From: Phoronis australis | Lineage: Eukaryota > Animalia > Phoronida | Direction: 5' to 3' | Length of the DNA stretch: 64,000 nt | Assembly: GCA_002633005.1 (NCBI GenBank) | Contig: NMRA01000269.1 | Span: 124,001 to 188,000, forward strand | Part shown: one piece after another, positions 60,061 through 64,000 of the stretch | How the letters are laid out: each line of letters begins with the position of its first letter | How positions within the stretch are numbered: the stretch's first letter is position 1 | Made by a program: the position numbers and the translations under genes | The notes under the pieces: generated by a model | What the model was told of the DNA's origin: nothing | Database searches by the model: none | Seen by the model: the letters and a program-made list of their open reading frames with translations, nothing else

Positions 60061-61737
60061 AGGAAAATGCCACCCGATTTAATTAGTCTTTTTTGCCGTC
60101 TTAATCGGTCTATTTCCACATCGCCTCGCATACGGTCGACCTTACCTTGCCAAGAGGTGTCGCGTTAACCTGTGAGGAAGGTGAGAAACGACGATAGCGA
60201 CGTCAGTGGTTCATATGTGCAGAGTGAATGCCGCTATGTTGCGTTGTGGTGCATCGTTCCCGCTTGTCCGAACTAAGCAGCTGCGAGGAAAGCGGGTATA
60301 TCGTTTTTTTTTTACTTCCTCGAGAGTCCCAAATGCTTAGGAAGTGGCTCATGGTAGTGAAGAATGAAATGTACGCAGTAAATAGCACGTATGAGGCCGT
60401 GAAACATCTCCGTGTCTGTGGCCTGCAGACGTCGACAGTGCCTGTCGAATGTCGGCTTACCAAATAACTCCATACGTTCCGTTGTCTGAGCTTGTTCACG
60501 GCGCCTCTCTAGTATTTCTTCATCACTCAGTGTATTCCTGTTCGTATTAATAGCCTGTAAAATTTAACGATCCACCTGCGAAGTCGGGACTGGTGATCTC
60601 TAGCTCGTCCTCAGTCGGGATGCGTTTATTACTCAGCGTTCTGTTTCAAAATGAATTATTCTCACCCTAACCAATGCTTATATAAAACTAAAACAAAGTT
60701 TGACTCATTAGATGCAATTTGTCATGCCTTTGGAGTGTTCGTGAGTGCAAATAATTTGAGAAGCCAACAATGAATAAATCACTGCGTTGCCGGCTTTAGG
60801 TGCAATAAAACTAATTGACGGGACACCGAGGCCGTGTGAGCTCATGCTAATTTAGTGTTTGCTGGCAGAAACTGTTGTGAAACAACTCGATTTCCATCCC
60901 ACGGCCAGATGTTAGGGGAATCTTTATTTACATTTACATTACTCAAATAATGATTGTCAATGTACAATTTCTGCCCTGACGGTGCTGTGGCCAAAGCGGA
61001 ACCTGAAATCGCGGCCCCCGACGAGTAAGTAGATTTGTAGTTTCGTGCCTAATTCACCAACATAAGCACGTGCACATTATCTTGGCTCACTAGTATAGTA
61101 TTTTCTTGACTGGAAGTTTAGTTTCCACTGAATTTTGGCTGGTTTATGTTTGTGATGTCTGATCAGTTTCCGAGCCACTAGCTGGCTGGGATAACGAGTC
61201 AATCTGGCCGGCCGCGGCGGGCCTGATCGGGCTCCCGAGCCACTGGCCAGGATAACAAGCGTTTCGTGTTTAGAACTAAAAAAATCACAAGTCAAAACAA
61301 CACAGATCTATGTTCTCCTGTGTGTATCTCACGGAATATACTTCGAAATTATCTCCGAACAGACACCAAACTCCTGCTACGGACCTTATTGGCCTGCCGA
61401 ATTTTGTAGGGTACGGTGTGTCCAAATACCAATAAATCCGTAAGAGCGAAATAGAACAACACGTTTTTATAAGAACTCGGTGTATTTTTAAGGGTTTTAT
61501 ATGGAAGTTACATGATTTATTGGTGTTAAACGATGACTTCAAGCCATAAGCTGACACCAGTAACCCGTGTTGTGAACTGCTGAAAGACTGTGTGTGAAAC
61601 CGATGACGTCATTGGGTAATTTCAACACCTCCGTCTGCCGTCAGGTGTCAGGTAACGCAACCGTACGTGTCGTCATGGAGTAGAACTACTCGATCTAAAT
61701 TGATACAAATTAGGTTGTTTTTGGGTGGCATGCTCCT
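60061..61737 (+). mobile_element. complete non-autonomous Kolobok-like transposon (1677 bp)
   Basis: TTAA TSD at 60057-60060 and 61738-61741; TIR aggaaaatgccaccc / gggtggcatgctcct; empty single-TTAA site at 37905-37908; THAP-like MPLCCVVV...FFLLPRE...RKWL...LRVC. Confidence 0.85.
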
Positions 61738-63401
61738 TTAAGTCATTAAATCAAGGTAAACGCATTGCTCATGGATTTGATTGTTGGTTTCTGATTTACA
61801 TCTTTATGTATCTACGAAAATGGACTTATTGAGATCTGATTTTTTGACAATTAGAAGCTAATTTTGTAAGAAATGACAATGCTTCAATGAACGAAGTTGC
61901 AAGCCGACACTGGGAAAATTTGATCTATTACCAGATCCCCAAATATAAAAGAACGCTAAACTGTTTTTGTTTATCTGAACTATGTCTCAAGGAAATTGAC
62001 GAATTTCGGACAGCTCTACAAAGTGTTCCAAAATGCTCTCACAATTCAAATGACAATAATTTTTTATTGGGTTAGGAGCTAGATTACTGGGTTTAAGTTT
62101 ACAAACCGTAGATCGAAAAAAGATGTTTAAGTACTTAAATAAATAAAATCTAACTCATGGGTCATCAACTTGGAAAGGTTCTCTTTGAACTTCCTTGATC
62201 TTTTTAGTGTCCAGTAGTATTGCGCAATGGATTTTTGTTCTTCAAAACTGAATCGTTTGCTTGCATTTCCGTGCATACTACACACACGGCATGCGCGCAC
62301 CCAGTTTAATATTTTTGAGGATGTGAACCTTTTACGAAAGAAACAAATACGGAATACGGGGTTCGTTCGGGGCTATGAATTCTGCATATGCCGAATTCCT
62401 GCCTTTTTAGTGGATATTTGTCTCGCGTTTCATGGACAGTTTGTTTATTTGAGGCGGACCTTTTTGCCCAAACGGGGGTCTCGTTCGAGCCCCCTTGGGT
62501 GCGCGCATGCACGGAGCGCGTCATGATTGGCACACCCACTGTAAAAATAAGGTGAAACCATGCAGTAGGCCTGAGTAGAATCTCAGTTACCCACGGGAGA
62601 TGAATTTGAACTCCAGACGTTGAGGAGTGTACATTTTTGGGACACACTCTATATGATTTCGCCCAACAACCAGAGACTAGACTACCGAATGTGTTTCATT
62701 TAGGGATTCTTTAGAAAAAATTACTAAAGAAATATAAAGTTTTCCCGAAACTGGATCATAATAAAACAAACATTGATCTTCGACACAGAGCAGAGGAATA
62801 TGTAAGAATACACTGTTGGAACCCACCTATAGCTACTTTCGGCAGGTTCCAGCTACTCGTCAGTGCGATGAACCTAAACCCAATCCTACTCTTCGTGAAA
62901 CTTTGTTGGTGGATGTGCAGGAGGGGATTTGGTACAGCTATGGTGACACCCAGAGAACGGGGGGNGGGGGGGGGGGGGGTGGCGATAGCAAGGGAGTAGG
63001 TTAACGAGGTCAAATTGGTTTGTGCCCCTTCAATAATTTTTTCCTTCCTACGGGCCTGCTACAGCATATTTGTGGGTGTGTGAGAACACTCCATGTCCTC
63101 TTAAGCTCTTTGAGTCTCATTACTAAGTCAATTTTTGTCTTTGATACAATATCGAAAGTAAATTCTACGTTTAATTCCCAATATTATTGAAAATAACTAC
63201 ATGTAGGGATCTTTTCATGCAACGCCCCTAATTTATGGACTAAGTCACTAATTATTTTAACTGAATTAAGGGCTCAGTTTTCAGTTATATTATTAGAAAA
63301 TGTCATTAACGAAATAACAGCTCACAATCAAGATAAATGATAGAAAAAATACAATGCCTGTGAGTGTAGCGCAAAACAAATGCGTAAAAGATGTAGGGAA
63401 C

Positions 63402-64000
63402 TTTTTTATGGTGGAACATTTATTAAATCATCCAACCAGTACATAGTTGTGCAGCAATATGAAATCTAGTTAAGTGTACATCAAACAAATTACGAGCATT
63501 ATCGGACCCTATAAAAGCTAGTTAGGCTAAAAAGAAGACCACCTTGCCTGGAATCTCTCAAGATCCATTTTATCATTGTAAATAATTTTTTCCAGGTTGT
63601 AGTAATCACATACCTCACATAAAAATGACTGAAAATTGGGCTTAGCCTTTTGTAGTCTTTGTTTATATAAATGAAATTTCGCTAAGCAAAGAATTAAATT
63701 TACAACTTCTAATCTACAGGCTGGGTTTCCAAAAAGGCGGAAGACAAATTTAACTGCAGAGGGAAATTGCACTGATTTATCATCCATGTTTTTAAACATC
63801 CCCAAAACTTCTGAACAAGTGAACATTCCCAATACAAATGTAGAATTGTTACTTCATGTTGCTCACAGAAAGAACATAAGGACGATTCACAAACACCCAT
63901 TTTCTTTAAATAAGTGTTTGTACCAATAAGTCTGTGGTTGATACGGAATTGAAACCATCTGAGTCTGACATCAGAAGTACAATGATAAATTACAGAATGA
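63402..64000 (-). mobile_element. L1/Tx1-type LINE 3' end (zf-RVT region of ORF2, short UTR, poly-A)
   Basis: LRWFQFRINHR...LCSFCEQHEVTILHLYWEC..VQKFW; NLILCLAKFHLYK; AATAAA and a short A tract on the minus strand. Confidence 0.88.

Larger units (their letters stand above)
57882..63377 (+). repeat. segmental duplicate (copy B) of 34937-39570
   Basis: Colinear and highly similar; lacks ~0.8 kb (36185-36987) and gains a Kolobok insertion. Confidence 0.92.

Overview
AT-rich animal (invertebrate-type) genomic DNA with a 475-N scaffold gap and several single Ns. Positions 281-16397 (+) hold the last 18 coding exons (about 1058 codons, every intron phase 1) of a jitterbug/FLN-2-type filamin, followed by a 3' UTR to about 17.6-17.9 kb. 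The remaining ~46 kb is a stack of transposable elements: decayed Ty1/copia, Ngaro/DIRS-like, L1/Tx1 LINE, hAT, Kolobok, Helentron-like, P-like and Sola3-like remnants, plus MITEs. These sit inside a rearranged, partly tandem duplication of the filamin 3' end. Exon numbers are window-local (E1-E18). Copy A runs intron11-E12'-E13'-E14'-truncated E15' fused to 3' UTR, creating a new in-frame stop. It is joined head-to-tail to copy B (intron7-E8'-cassette exon ... E12''). Three observations stand out. Amino-acid replacements between gene and copy are concentrated in one Ig repeat. A hidden 54-nt cassette exon is supported by third-position divergence. A 161-nt tract is perfectly identical between gene and copy. 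All alignments and counts were done by eye. Copy A versus copy B could be uncollapsed haplotypes.
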